Source: Geosiphon pyriformis uo1 (lineage: Eukaryota > Fungi > Glomeromycota). Taken from it: a DNA stretch of 64,000 nucleotides. A model generated the notes under the pieces. It was not told where the DNA came from and did no database searches. It saw nothing but the letters and a program-made list of their open reading frames with translations. Below are positions 25,513 through 38,681 of this stretch, piece by piece; position 1 is the stretch's first letter; each line of letters opens with the position of its first letter. Position numbers and translations under genes: made by a program. Location: contig JAAOMT010000703.1 in NCBI GenBank assembly GCA_016748015.1, positions 742,255-806,254 of the forward strand, written 5' to 3'.

Positions 25513-28500
25513 GTAGTCTGGTATAGAAAATTGCCACGTGTAATGTTCATGGGTTGAACAATCTTGCGAAGCAAGATAATGTCATTCATTGGCACAAGGA
25601 TATGAACAATTTGGTTTCTATTTTTACAGAGTTGAAACTTAAAGAGAAAGTTTGCCCATGGTTGACCGACAAATTTGATGGTGTTCGGGTTTTTACTTCT
25701 GGTCTGGATTTTGGTTCTTTGGGTGCTGGTGTGTTGATCATTGTAAATTCTTCTTTAGCAAAACATGTCTGCAAGGTCTCTGAAGTGCCTAGTCAGCTCT
25801 TATTCATCAAGTTGCTTTTCAAAAATAAACTTTCAGTGTCTATTTTGGGGCTCTATGCTGGTGCTTCATCAGTGGTTCAGTTTTCTCAGGCTGGTGAAAT
25901 CAACTTTCTCATTGCTAAAGCCATTAATGAGTCTTCTTTTGTCATCCTTGGTGGTGATTTTAATGAAAATGGTTCTTGAAAGTGTGTGAGTTTCAAAAAG
26001 TGCCTTGAGTTGGGGTTGGTTAACTCTTTGATTGGAAGCCTGACCATTAAGATGTCCACTTGGACAAATTCTAGAGGTGTCATGAAAACTATTAATTACG
26101 TGTTTATTTTACCAAATCTGGTCAATTCTTTGGTACATCGTGGTGTTTTGGACATCAGTGAATATTTTGATACAGACCACCAGACTGTGTCTGTGTCTGT
26201 GGGCCTGGGTGGTTTATTAGATATACACTTGTTTTCTTTTCGCAAGCAGGTGAATAAAGATCATTGGAAATTTGATGTCAAAAATGCCAGTGAGACTAAA
26301 TGACTTGAGTTTAAGGATGCTACGGCTACTAACACTACTATGTTTTCAGGTGCGTTTGGTGTTGCTGTAAAGTTTTCTGATCTTGGCATTATGTGGGATG
26401 TCATTCATAAGATCATGGTTTTTTCAGCTGGTGGTGCTTTCAAAAAAAGATGGTTCAAAGGTTTTGATACAGTTTGCAATAAAATGTCGTCTAGATTTCA
26501 TAAGCTAGAGCTGTTGGTTTCCAAGCTGGTAAAGGCTTTTCATTTGAGTTTTAGTGTCAGTTTTGCTTCACTTTTGGATACATGGAACAATTTTAACTCT
26601 GCTGGTGCTTTGACAGTAAGATCTATGTTTTTATCTGGTGTTAAATTTGATGACATTTGTTCTGCTCTGGCCAAAGCAAGAAAGTTATACTGCTCTTCTA
26701 AATTGCTGGAGTCCAAGTGTGCTGAAGAATCTCACATTAGGCAGACTATTACCAATAGAATAAAAAGTTTTGAACTGGATAAAAGTCATATAATTAGAAG
26801 TATGTTAGAATGTTCTTTTCACAAAGTGGTTTTGGACCATCTGGTCATGGACAATGAGTTAGTTCTTGAACCTGATTTGGTTAAGTCCAAGGTAGATGCT
26901 ATTATGGAAGGATAGACCAAAAAGCATGTGGTGGTTGATAATATCTCTGATACTTGGTCTCGTCAATACCAATCTTTGGACTACGTTTTTGATAATGCTT
27001 TTTCTGGGGTAATAAGTGAGATTGATTTTGATAAATTGCATCATATGATAACCAATCTTCCAGATGGGAAAGCTGCTGGTCTTTCGGGCATTTCTAATGA
27101 GCTTTGAAAACATTGCAATAAGTCAGTTTTGGGTTTGTTTTTGGTTCTTTTGAATTCTTGTTTGTCTTGTGAGTTGATGCCTGGTCCTTAAAAGAAAGCT
27201 TGGGTTTCAATAATTCCCAAACCTTATGAGTGGGAAGGTGTTTTCACAAATACTTGTCCTATTGTCTTGATCAAAACAGCTTGCAAAATTCTATCCAAGA
27301 TTCTTTCAAATAGGATCTCACTGACTTGCAGCTCATATGATGTTTTGTATGGTGACAATTTTTCAGTTTTAAAGAGTACAACAACTCAGTCTCCTAATTT
27401 TGTGGTTGGCTCAGTAATTGAGAATGCTTTGGAAAAAAACCAGGAACTTTGGTTTGTTCTGTAAGACATGCGGAAGGCATATGATTCAGTTGGCTGGAAG
27501 CACCTTGAGAAGAGCTTGGTCAGGATCAAAATGTGTAGTAAATTTGTTTGCTTTTTTGGTAGTATTTATAGGGACTGAACCAACCATGTCATGACAGATT
27601 TTGGTTTGACAGATGGTTACCAAATGTTTGATGGATTGAACCAAGGTGAAGTTTTTTCCCTTCTGCTGTGGTGCATATTTTATGATTCTCTTTTGTGTGA
27701 AGTCAAGTGTCAAGAGAGTGTGTGTGGTTATAGGCTCAATTCTCATTTTGTTTCTAAGAGTGGTCGCACTGAGTCTCAGGCTGGGTTTTCTACTTTCCTT
27801 GCTGTTGGTGCCTTTGTTGATGATATTATTTGGGTTGGTAGCAGTCAGGCTGCTACTCAACATATTCTCAACATTGCTAGTGAATTTTTTTGAGTTAATG
27901 ACATTTCAATTAATAATAACAAAACTGTGACCATTCCAATCAACAGCAGGGTCAGTGTTCCATCTCTTTTTATTAGTGGTTCACCTATTTTTGTTGCCCA
28001 TAGAGAGGAACCTCATCAGTATCTCAGTATCTTTTTGTCAACTGAGGGTCTTTCAAGGCCTAGCTTGGCTAAAGCACATTCAGACATTCATTTCTTTACT
28101 AATTTAGTTCTAAAGAAGGTGGTTTCAGATAAGCAGTTCTTGTATCTGGTGTCAGCAGTTCTCCATCCCATAATCGGTTACAGAATGCAGTTTGGCAATA
28201 TTCCTGTTGATGTGTGCGATAAATGGGATGCTCTGATTCACAAGGACTTGAAGCTAAAAGCTGGTCTCTTGATGGACTTTCCCAGTGATACTATTCACTA
28301 TCCCTCTTTTTATGGTTTAAAATCATTTTCACAGTGTCAATCTGAAAGTAAAGTAGCTTCGCTTATTAGTTTTGTGAACTCTGGCAGGATCTTAGGACGT
28401 CTGTTTAGTCACAGGTCACATGACTTACAGGTTCTGTATTAGTGGCTCATTCACTCATTGATTTTTCCTTTGTATTCGTGTCAGTGTTTCTAATAATTTC

Positions 28501-30186
28501 TTGGCTGGTATGGTTTGCATTCTCCTTGATTGCAATTTGTCTTTGGGTGGCTCTTTGGCCAGTGCTTTTTGGTTTCGTGACAGGATTTCTATGTCTGTCA
28601 TTCTTAGCAAGTCTTTGTTTTTCAAGTTTTTACCTTCTCTTTGGCATTTTGGCATTGCCTTCATGGATCAGCTTTGTGATCATCATGATGTTGTTTTTAG
28701 CTGGTGCACCTTCAAGTGGTGGAAGAGACTGGACCCTTATGACCCAGTTCCTAAATGGTTTGGACTTTTTGTTGCATTTCTTATGACTTCTCATTCATCT
28801 TCTACAGTCTCAGTTGGTGCTAGTCCTCTTAACTTTTGTGAGTCTGATGATTTTATGGCTGCCCATGGTCATCTTTCTCAGGTTGACATTAATAGTTTGT
28901 CTGTATATATGGATAGTTCTTTGAAGAATTTGGGTACAGTTAATTGTAGAGCTGGAGCTGCTGTTTTTTTTGAGGACATTTATTTGGGTTTGGGTGTTAG
29001 TGTTTAGGGTTTAGTGTCATCTACTTTAGCAGAATTACAGGCTATAGCATTGGCTTTAGAGTGTGTGTCTGCAGCTCATTCTATTGATTTGTTTTTGAAT
29101 AGTCAAGGAGCTTTAGATGCTTGTAGGTCTGAGTTAAGCCTGGTGTGCTCTGACTTTCGCAATCAATATTGGGTCAAGTGTCAGCATATTTGGAATGTTA
29201 TCCACAGTAAGAATTTGAGAGTTAGTTAGCACAAAGTCAAGAGCCACTTCGGCATCTTAGAGAATGACTGTGCTGATAGCATCGCTGATACTACATCTCT
29301 ATTTGGTTGGTATCTTTTTTCTTGCATGGATAAACACTTTTTGTTGGCAGATGGTAGTGTTGTTTCTGGTAATTCTAAACACTTTGTTTGAGATGTTTAT
29401 CATGCAGTTTGTCATGTACGCTGGGAGGTCAGTTCCAGTTCTGGATTTCTGGCTAGTAGTTTGCGTTCAGATGTTGACTGGCTCAGCTCTTCTAGGGTTT
29501 GGCACTCTGATTTGAATATGGCTACTGGTTTCACTAGCAGGCTCACAGCTGATACTCGTACTTATCTTATGAAGGCTTTACACCATCGGCTTCCTGTAGC
29601 TGTTCAGAAGTGCATTTACAATAAATGTTACTCTAGTGTCCTGTGTCTGTATTGTGGTAAGATAGAGGTTTCTGATCATGTGTTTTCTTGTGTGGTTGAT
29701 GATTTGGCTCGTCATCAGGTTTTAGAATCCTACATGTCTTATTGAAGATCACTTTCTGGGCTCTCTCTTCCCTCTTCAGTTGTATTGCAGTTAATGTCGA
29801 TCTGTGCTTCAGATTTGCTGGTCTTTTCAGCTCTTTACAAGAGTTTTGTTTTCAATGGATAGCTTCAGGAGGCTGTTACTGTCTTCCATGATCCCAAGAT
29901 TGCTGGTGTTAAAATTACTGATTTTATGCGCTCTCTATGCTCCACTTTTAAGAATGATATTTGGTTGGTCTGTATCAAGCATTGTGTTTTTATGGAAAAG
30001 AATAGCCTGATCCCAGCAGACAGATCTATTCCCATCCCAGTTTTTGGTTTGGTTTCGAGGTTGTTGCCTGGTGTGATTAAATTGCTTGGTATTACTGAAG
30101 TCTTTGACATCCTTTTTGGCTTTTGCAAGTCTTGTTTGTTTTTTTCAGGTATTGGTGACATGGTTTCTGTTAATATAGTTGTGTAG
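25509..30186 (+). pseudogene. LINE 2 ORF2 (AP endonuclease, RT, RNase H, zinc finger)
   Basis: IATCNVHG, ILGGDFN, TDH; AFVDD; VYMDSS and AELQAI; CLYCG..SDHVFSC; many stops from Trp/Gln/Arg codons. Confidence 0.92.
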
Positions 30187-30397
30187 TGTTGTCCTGACTG
30201 GCTCAAGTGGCTGGTCATGTGTGGTTAAGTGCATGATTCACACCTAGTTTAGATCATTTCATTGATGTATAGTTCTAGGTAGTGTTTGGACCTTACTTGT
30301 TAAATATAATAATAAAAAAATAATATAAAGCTATTTTTATTGTTTTTTTTAAGTGTTTTTATAACAAATTTATTAGCTGCTAACTGTTATTTTATAT

Positions 30398-33250
30398 TGT
30401 TATATAATAGTTTTTTTAATATATTAAATTTTAATTTTTCTGTTTTAATTGCAATTAATCATTCATAAATTTTTTAATTTTATTTATGTAATAATATTAA
30501 TATTATATTAAAAAATTTTTTTTTATAAGCTATTTTTTAATTTTTAATTGTTGTATATATTTATGTACTTTTTTTTAAAAGCTAAACTGAAATTTATCTG
30601 CTGTTTTAAGATCTTTTTTAAGACTATTTTTGTAATTGTTTAAAGTGTTTTTTTAATTTAAAAACATAGAATGTTAATAACTTTTAGTGTTTTTCTTAAT
30701 TTTTACAATAAAGTTTTTTTTTTTTTTTAGAGTTTAACAAGCAAGGCCCAACCACTATCTAATACAATATGACCATATAGAGGCTTAAATTAGATGTGAC
30801 TTATGCATTTTTTACATGTAACTAGCTACTCGAGCCAGTTCAGACTATATTACATTGATACACTAGAAGAAAACTTATCCAAAAATAATATCTTTTGAAT
30901 AACAAAAAACAAAGTTGTACTGCAAGAAATCAAACTAACTAGCCACTCAACAGTTTTAAAAGGATCAGTTTTAATATCAACAGATTTATGCTCCCAAAGG
31001 GACATTAAGTTAGAAAACACCTTATCACTTACAACAAGCAGAGGCCCAGAATCACCAGACATATCAATGTCTTTCATGCAGCATTTTTTTTCAAAAAAAC
31101 CACTTTCTTTTTTAACTTATCAACAGTCCTACTAAAAGAACCTATATGTACTAAAATCTTATTAATCCTAAGACCAAAAGCACTACTTAAAACCAAATTA
31201 CTATTAATAAACTGTTCAAAAGTTGTAACCAAAAAGCCAATAGGCTTAACAATAGATTCAACCAAAGCAGAAAGCTTAGTTAAATCAAATTCCAAAGAAG
31301 ACAAATGGGACAGCACCAAAAAATTACCAACAACAACCAGAGAAAAAACAAGAGATGACAAAAATAGAAAACCAGAGAAGCTTAAGGGAGCAGAAGCCTT
31401 AGCATAAGACTTAAGACTAATAAAGCATAGTATAAATGCCTTGAAAAACTTGGAAGACAGAGAAATCTTACAGTCTATAGCCAGATGGCCCAGCTCTTAA
31501 TACTTGAAACAATACTAACGACCAGGAGTTTCCTACCAAATATGGCATTTCCTTAGTATACCAGTTTTGACAATAGCAGAATTCAAATCAGATTGGAAGC
31601 CAAATGTAACCAGAGCAAACTGAGAACAATAATCAAACTCAAGAGAACAAGAGATAAAACATGTTCAACTATTGACTTGAGAAATCATATCACTAATCTT
31701 AAAAGCTATACATTTAGAAGAAAGATTGACCAACTTGGCTTTAAACTTATCACAAGACAAAATAATCTCATTTTGATTCACTAGAAGAAAGATTTTAACA
31801 CTATTCTTGTCCACCAAGACTGACCAATAATTCAAAGCAAATATAGCAGAGTCCAACTTTTCAAAATAAACTACCATATACTGCCAAATCCTAATAGGCT
31901 TTAGCACAACATGAGTAACATTATCAAACACACTAAAAGCTGTCTTAATATTAGCAGCAGACACATTCAAGGGCACATCACACAGTGCAACAGCAACAAA
32001 AAGGGAACTAGACTCAGAAACTACCAAAAACTTGGCAATCTTAAGGGTGGCCAAATGTACAAAGCTTGTAAGCTCAACCAAAAACACAGTTTTTAAAGAC
32101 ACTTGAGAAGCAAATTCCACACAAAACAGCTTCACATTGTCCTTTGATACTGACTTTGCACCCAAAAAACCATGTACTAACTGAAAAACAGCCTTAACAT
32201 AAGCCAATTTAATTTTAAAAGTAGCACCAGACACCAGAGTGGAGGCCACCCACCCAGTAAACTTTTGATGATTAGTAATAGTTTTTTAAGCACCATCAGA
32301 AGTAGCACTGAAAACTAGAGGAAGAGATGATTCAGTTTCCATTTGATCAGCCCAGTTCTTAAGAACAGGTGACCCAACAGGAAGAGATTGTTTTGCTTCT
32401 AAAACCAGTAATGATCTACTAGAAGACATCACATTTGGCAACACAGCCAATAGTTGATTCAGGCCTATCTTGGACAATATGCCAGATGATGCTATAGAGA
32501 TCTTATCTAAGATCTTATTGAAAACCACAAAGGGGTTCAGTGTAACAATAGCAAAGGCAAGCAACTGCCCCCACTTTTCTGAACTTTTGGTCTTTTTGAC
32601 TATTTTTTTTGAAGAGGTGGTGCTAGCAGCACCAGGTGTTAGATCTATGAAAGGGAAAACCAGCTTATTTACTGATTTATTATTAAAAACTTTTGGGCTC
32701 TTAGTTGGGGTGAAGGCAACACTGAGACTAATCCAAGTATGTCTCTTTGAGGGAATTTTGACTGGTGAGAAATCAGCCAAAGATGAAGAAGTTGCTTCAG
32801 TGGTTACCAAAGACAGCTTATTATGATTACTGAGTAAAAAAAAGGCTTCTAAAACATTTTGTCTGGTTGCTTCTACAACAGAGAGAGCTTCTCTGGTTGA
32901 AATTTTATTAGATATCTCAGAACAGATATCAGGTACAGCTTTTTTACTCTTTGTTCTGGTCGTGGTCATAAAATTAAGAGGACAAAAAGTTTTTATTATT
33001 ATTCTTTTTTATTAATTATTAATAATATGAATAATTTTAATTAGTAATTATTTTTCCAAAAAATTCAATTAATAAATAATAATTTTATTTAATAAATAAT
33101 ATTAATAAGTTTTTTAATATTTTAATTATGATAATTCAGTTTTTAATATTATTTCTGATTTTTTTTTAATTTAAAATTTTTTTTAGATATTTATTTAAAA
33201 ATAAAAACTAAAAACTAATAAGATTAAACTATTAGATAAATTGTTATTTT
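30398..33250 (-). repeat. Ghost LTR of the Gypsy B family, split at 30713/33004 by the ORF1-only element
   Basis: 30398-30713 and 33004-33250 match consecutive parts of LTR 46830-47684 (caataaag|cttttatcaattag); right end uncertain. Confidence 0.78.
30714..33003 (-). mobile_element. ORF1-only non-autonomous retroposon (half-LINE) with LINE-type 3' UTR and poly-A
   Basis: One disrupted ORF 32969-30850 with RRM-like region and CFKY*ELGHLAIDC knuckle; stop followed directly by the shared tail (30729-30849) and T15 at 30714-30728; no ORF2 sequence. Confidence 0.87.
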
Positions 33251-33289
33251 TTTTAATATTAAAGATATATATATATATATATATATTTA

Positions 33290-34517
33290 ATTTTATAAAA
33301 AAACATACTATTACAAATACCTAAAAATCAATATATACCTATATTAATATTTAAACATATACTAAAATTAAAAACTTATTAACAATAGTTTATAATAATT
33401 AATTCAAATTAACAATTTAAATTCTAAAATCAATCTATGTAAAATCAAAATACAATAATTTAAAAAAATTCAAACTATGTAAAATTTAATTAGCAAGCCA
33501 ATTCAAACTACCAAATTTATTACAAAATTTATTTTAATATATTAAAAAACTTAAATCTTAAAAACAATAATAGTAAAAACATAATTAAAACCAAAAATTT
33601 GCTTAAAAATTAAAATTTGATCTAAACTATACTATTACCAATTATTATTAAAAATAACAGTCTTATAGCTATTTTTCTTTTAAAATAAAAAAAATAAAGC
33701 TATATATAATAAAGTAATATTGAATAAAAAATATTTGTTATATCTATAAAAACAAAAATAAACAATATTTTAATTAAATTTATTTTTAATAATAAATCTG
33801 TTAAAAGTATTATAATACTTAAATTAATAAATCAACTAAGTTTTAATGTTGATTATATTATAATATTGCAGATTATAACAGCCAATAAAAATATTAAACT
33901 ATTACATAATAAAATTAATTAATTTTTTTTTAAGATTAATAAATTGTTATTTTTATAAAAGTATTAATTATAATTATTATATAATATTAAGTATTAATAA
34001 ATAATAAGTAGTTAATAAAAACAAATATTACCTTGAATTAAATTATATAAAAACTATTTTTTAGTTATAATAATTACTATACAAAAATTTTAACCACTTG
34101 TAACTATTTTTAAATATGCAATATTAATTAAAAACTTATTTTTAAATATAAAAAAAAACTTAGTTCTACCAGTTTTTAAAACTTATTAGCTTTTATAACA
34201 AAAATTCAAGAAATTTTATTTACTATTATTATAATTGTTATAACAAAAAAAAATATAATTATCCAAAAAAACATAGTAAATAAAAAAAAATCATGTCTTA
34301 TTTGTAAAAAACTATTGTTAAAAAAATACAATTGAATTAATATATTAAACAAAAAAATATATATAATATAATTTATTAATATATAATTCTTATTTATAAA
34401 TAAATAAATAAATAAAAAATAGCATTTAAAATAGTATTTAACAGAATATTAAAAACATTACAATACTATTTACACAATAAAAATAAGTTATATAATATTA
34501 CACAAGTTAAAATAAAA
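33290..34517 (+). mobile_element. Ghost fragment of the Gypsy B family (gag end, protease, Cys domain); continues at 51298-51480 beyond LINE 3
   Basis: 33758-33856 aligns codon by codon to the reverse complement of 44683-44781; acacaagttaaaataaaa|gaaaaaact corresponds to TQAKVR|GGT of element B. Confidence 0.85.
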
Positions 34518-37500
34518 AAAATAAAATAAAAAAAATAAAATAAAAAAAAATAAAAATTCTTTCTTGTTGATCCCCCGATTACAACAAAAGCAAGATATTG
34601 TTGAGGAAAAAGTTTTTCTTATTCCTTATTTCCTTCATATTTTAACTATTTCTTCAAACATACCTTTATTTGTGAACATAGAACTGGCAAACACTGTTGT
34701 TGGTGGCTTTAGATCTACTTCTGCTGAGTTGAGAACCCAGTCTAATAATAAAAAAAAAGTGCACGTTGAGAGCGTATACTCTTATGGTCTTTTGTACAAG
34801 AAATCTAAAACTCTTGGAACTATTGATGGTGTGGTAGATTCATTGACTGGTCCTGTTTCTGGTAATGTTTTACAAGCTGGCAATTTGAAACAAAAGATGT
34901 CTTGGGGTAGTGAAGTGGAAAGCAAGGATGCTAGTGTTAAAAAAGTGTCTGACTTAGAAAACATAGGTAACATGGTGACAAAAAAAACGAGTTATGTAGA
35001 TTCCGATGGTTCCAAGACTGACAATATGATGGATAACATGACTCTAAAAAAGACATAAACAAAGATATATGTTCTGAAACAACCACTGAAAAAACCTTCT
35101 TTTAATGTTATGAGTGACGTCAACAATGTTTTGGAACTCTCGTCTCCCAAGTTTCAAGGTTCCAATTAGCTGCTGAGTGCCAAGTCACATGGTCTGAAAA
35201 AGAGGAGCTTTGAGCCAGTAAAATCATTTGTATTGAATATTGAGATTGCGGCTATTTCAGAGAAAAATGTCAGTGAGAAATTGATTTCAATTAAAAAAAT
35301 TTTTTATTAAGTGGATGGTTTTGGGGGAGCTTTTACTCCTTCAAAATTCCCAGAGATCATCAGATCCTCTTTTATTTCTGAGTTGAGTCTTAACAAGACT
35401 AAAGAACTGGTGATTTGTGAGAAAATTTTAGTAAATAATGATGTTAGAAAGTTAGGCATCTATTCAAATCAGAAAATAATTGTCAAGAAAATTTCAATAG
35501 ATCTTCTCAGATCAGCAGTTAAGTAAGTTTTTTCTAAGTTTGATAAGGTTGTGTCAATCAAAATGCAATTGATTGGTTTGTAGCAGAAAGCTTTGATTGA
35601 GTTTGACTTATCGGAAGTGGTTAGTTCAGTTGTCTCTAAGTGGTCTGTTCTTATGGGAAAAAACTCTGTGCAGGTAGCATTGGCTGTTAAGGATAAACAA
35701 TTTTGGGTGCTCAGAAATCAGCATAGAGCTTTGTTCTATACTTTACCAGTTGGCACTACTGTTTATGATTTGTCTGGTTTGCTTAATTCATATAGTGAGA
35801 AGATCTGTTTTATTGGTCACAATCCTAGCTCTTATGTCCATGACAGATGTGCTGTGATTTGTTTTGCTGATGAAACATCCAAGTTGGCTGCAATTAGATT
35901 TGTTCCAGTTTTTAAAAGTACAAGTTTGTGATGGGCTGGTCTTTTCCTGGCTTATTGCACCAAATGTAAACAATTTGGTTACATCTCTAATGTGTGTTCA
36001 TCTGGTGGGATTTCTGGGATTTGTAAGAAGTGGATGGTGACTGATCAAGATCAGGTCTGTTTGGCTGGTATTTATAAGAAAAAACAAGCTTTTATTGTAC
36101 ATCCAGTTTCTTTTAGTGGTAAAACTTGGGCTCAAGTAGCTGGTGGTTTCTCTTTTCATGTTGCTCCCTTGGTTTCTTTTGGTGCCATCTCATCTTTTGC
36201 TGCTAAGAACTCTTTATTTGCTTCTACTCTGCCTGATACCTATAACTTATATGGTCATTTGGCTTTTCTGGAATGCTCTCTAGAACTTTTGGCTAACCAG
36301 ATTTCTGGTATTTTGGTAAAATTGGGTTCCTTAAAATTGGTGTCCCTGGCAGTTGCATCTGGTGTTTCTCTTTCTAAGGTTCCTGTAACTGTGGTTTCTG
36401 ATTTGGATTCAGATATGATTTTAGATGGTAAATATATGGTCTACACCCCTTCTCTTCTGGTTGTTAATGATACAGCTACCACCATAAGTCCAAGTAGTTC
36501 TAAGGTTTTGACTACCAAAGTCAGTGGTTTGGAATCCAAAATAGTGGCTTTAGAGGTTTCAGTTGAATCTGTTTTGGAAAAACTAGACTATTTATGCTTA
36601 AGTTTGGGTTTGTCGGCTGCCTTTACTTCTCAATAAGTGTTTTAGTTTGGAAGATTGCCACATGCAATATAAGGGGCATGAACAATCTTGCAAAACAGGA
36701 TAATATAATTTGTTGACATAAGGAGTCAAACAATTTGATTTCTATTGTTACTGAAACCAAGTTAAAGAATAAAATTCACCCATGGATCATGAATAAGTTT
36801 GATGATTTCCGGGTGTTTACCTCTGGATTGGATTCTGGTCATATGAGCTTTGGCATTGTGATTGTTATGAACATTTCTTTGGTAAGACATGTGTGCAAAG
36901 TTTCTGAGATGCCTGGTCAGCTCCTGTCCATTAAGCTGCTTTTCAAGAATAAACTTTCTGTGTCTATTTTGGGGCTTTATGCTGGTGCTTCTTTAGTGGC
37001 TCAGTTCTCTCAGACTGATAAAGTCAACTTTTTCATTGCTAAGACTGTTAATGAATTTTCTTTTGTTATTTTGGGTGGTGATTTCAATAAGGATGGTTTG
37101 TATAAGAGTGCAAGTTTTAAAAGATGTCTAAACTTGGGGGTGGTCAACTCTTTGTCAGGTAGCCCAGTAGTGAAAAGTCCTATGTGGAAAAATTTGAAGG
37201 GTGTGAAAAAAACAATTGATTTTGTGCTAGTTTTATCTAATTTGGTCAATACAATAGTGGATTGCAATGTTGTAAATGTAAGCAAACATTTTAACACTGA
37301 TCATTGGGCAGTTTCTGTTTCTGTGGGCCTAAACAGTTTGCTGAATACTTAGTTAAACTTCCTTCATAGGCAGGCTAATAGGGATCATTGAAAGTTTAAT
37401 TTCAGGAGTGCTGATGACAGTAAATAGAAAAATTTTAAAGATGCCACTTTAGCCAATGCTGGAATGTTTGCCAATGAGTTTGCTACTGCTGTACAACTCT

Positions 37501-37857
37501 CGGATTTGGATGTCATGTGAAATGTTTTATGCAAGATAATGGCTCTTTTAGCACATGGGATATTTAAGAAAAAATGGTTCAAGAATTTTGATGGGGTTTT
37601 CACCAGAGATTCTTTGAGATTTCATAAGCTGGAGTTGCTAGTGTCTAAGCTGGTTAAGGCTTCTTACTTGGTCTCTAGTGTGGAATTTGCTTCATTATTG
37701 GATATGTGGTGTGAACTCAATGCTAATGGTGTATTAGTGGTAAAGTCTTTATTTTTTTCAGGTTCCAATTTCGACATGATTTGTTTGGCTCTGGCTAAAG
37801 TGAAAAAATTTTACTGCTCTTCTAAGCTGCTGGAATCCAAGCATACTGAAGAAGCGT

Positions 37858-38666
37858 TGTTACGAGATGGTTTTCTTGTTATATTTAATTGCTGATATCC
37901 CACTTTAATTGCAATTAGTCTTTTGTGAGTTCCTCAATTCTATTTGTGTGATAATGTCACTGTTATATTGAAGGCTTTTTTTTTACTGTTGCGATGTAAG
38001 TTATTCTTTAATTTTTGATTGTTGTGTGTGTTTATGTACTCCTTCTCAGAGGCTGAACTGAAATCTACCCACTGTTTGGGGTCTTCTCTGAGGCTATCCT
38101 TGCAATTGTCTGATGTGTTTCTCTAATCTAGAAACACAGAATGTTAATGGTCTTTAGCGCTTTTCTAATTCTCACAATNNNNNNNNNNNNNNNNNNNNTA
38201 GTTTCATTCAATAAATAATACAAGTAAGTTTCTTAATACTTTGGGTTGTGATAGTTCAGTTTTAAATATTCTTTTTCATTTCTTTTTGATTTTTAGAGGT
38301 TTCTTGGGATATTTAATTTGAAAGTATGATTTAAAGTGGAGTTTGTTGGATAAAATTGGATCTATTGCTTAATAAGTTATGATTTTTATTACTTGATTGA
38401 TTCTTTCCCAATATTAAAACTACTGTATATATACATGTTTGTAGTTCTACGAGAAAATACTTTCTTTTTGATATTTCAACCTGGTGTTTGCTGCTATCAC
38501 CAGTTGGTGTTGGCTGCTATTGTGAACTGGTGCTTGCCACTATTGCGAGATGGTGTTTGCTACTATGTTAATCATTACCTTTCTAAGATTATTACTGTGC
38601 TATATTATGATTGAATAGTTTGTATTATTTTTATGATTCTTTTTGCTAAATTCTTAAACCGTAACA
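37858..38666 (-). repeat. 3' LTR of Gypsy B (contains a gap)
   Basis: Near-identical to 46830-47684. Confidence 0.95.
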
Positions 38667-38681
38667 TTATCCCCTTCTTTT
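38667..38681 (-). promoter_or_regulatory. Polypurine tract of Gypsy B (AAAAGAAGGGGATAA)
   Basis: Purine run abutting the 3' LTR on the minus strand. Confidence 0.88.

Larger units (their letters stand above)
23578..30318 (+). mobile_element. Full-length LINE copy 2 (ORF1; ORF2 APE-RT-RNase H-zinc finger; I/Tad1-type domain order), TSD AATAATATAAAG
   Basis: TSD at 23566-23577 and 30319-30330; both ORFs complete but disrupted; conserved 3' UTR and A-rich tail. Confidence 0.93.
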
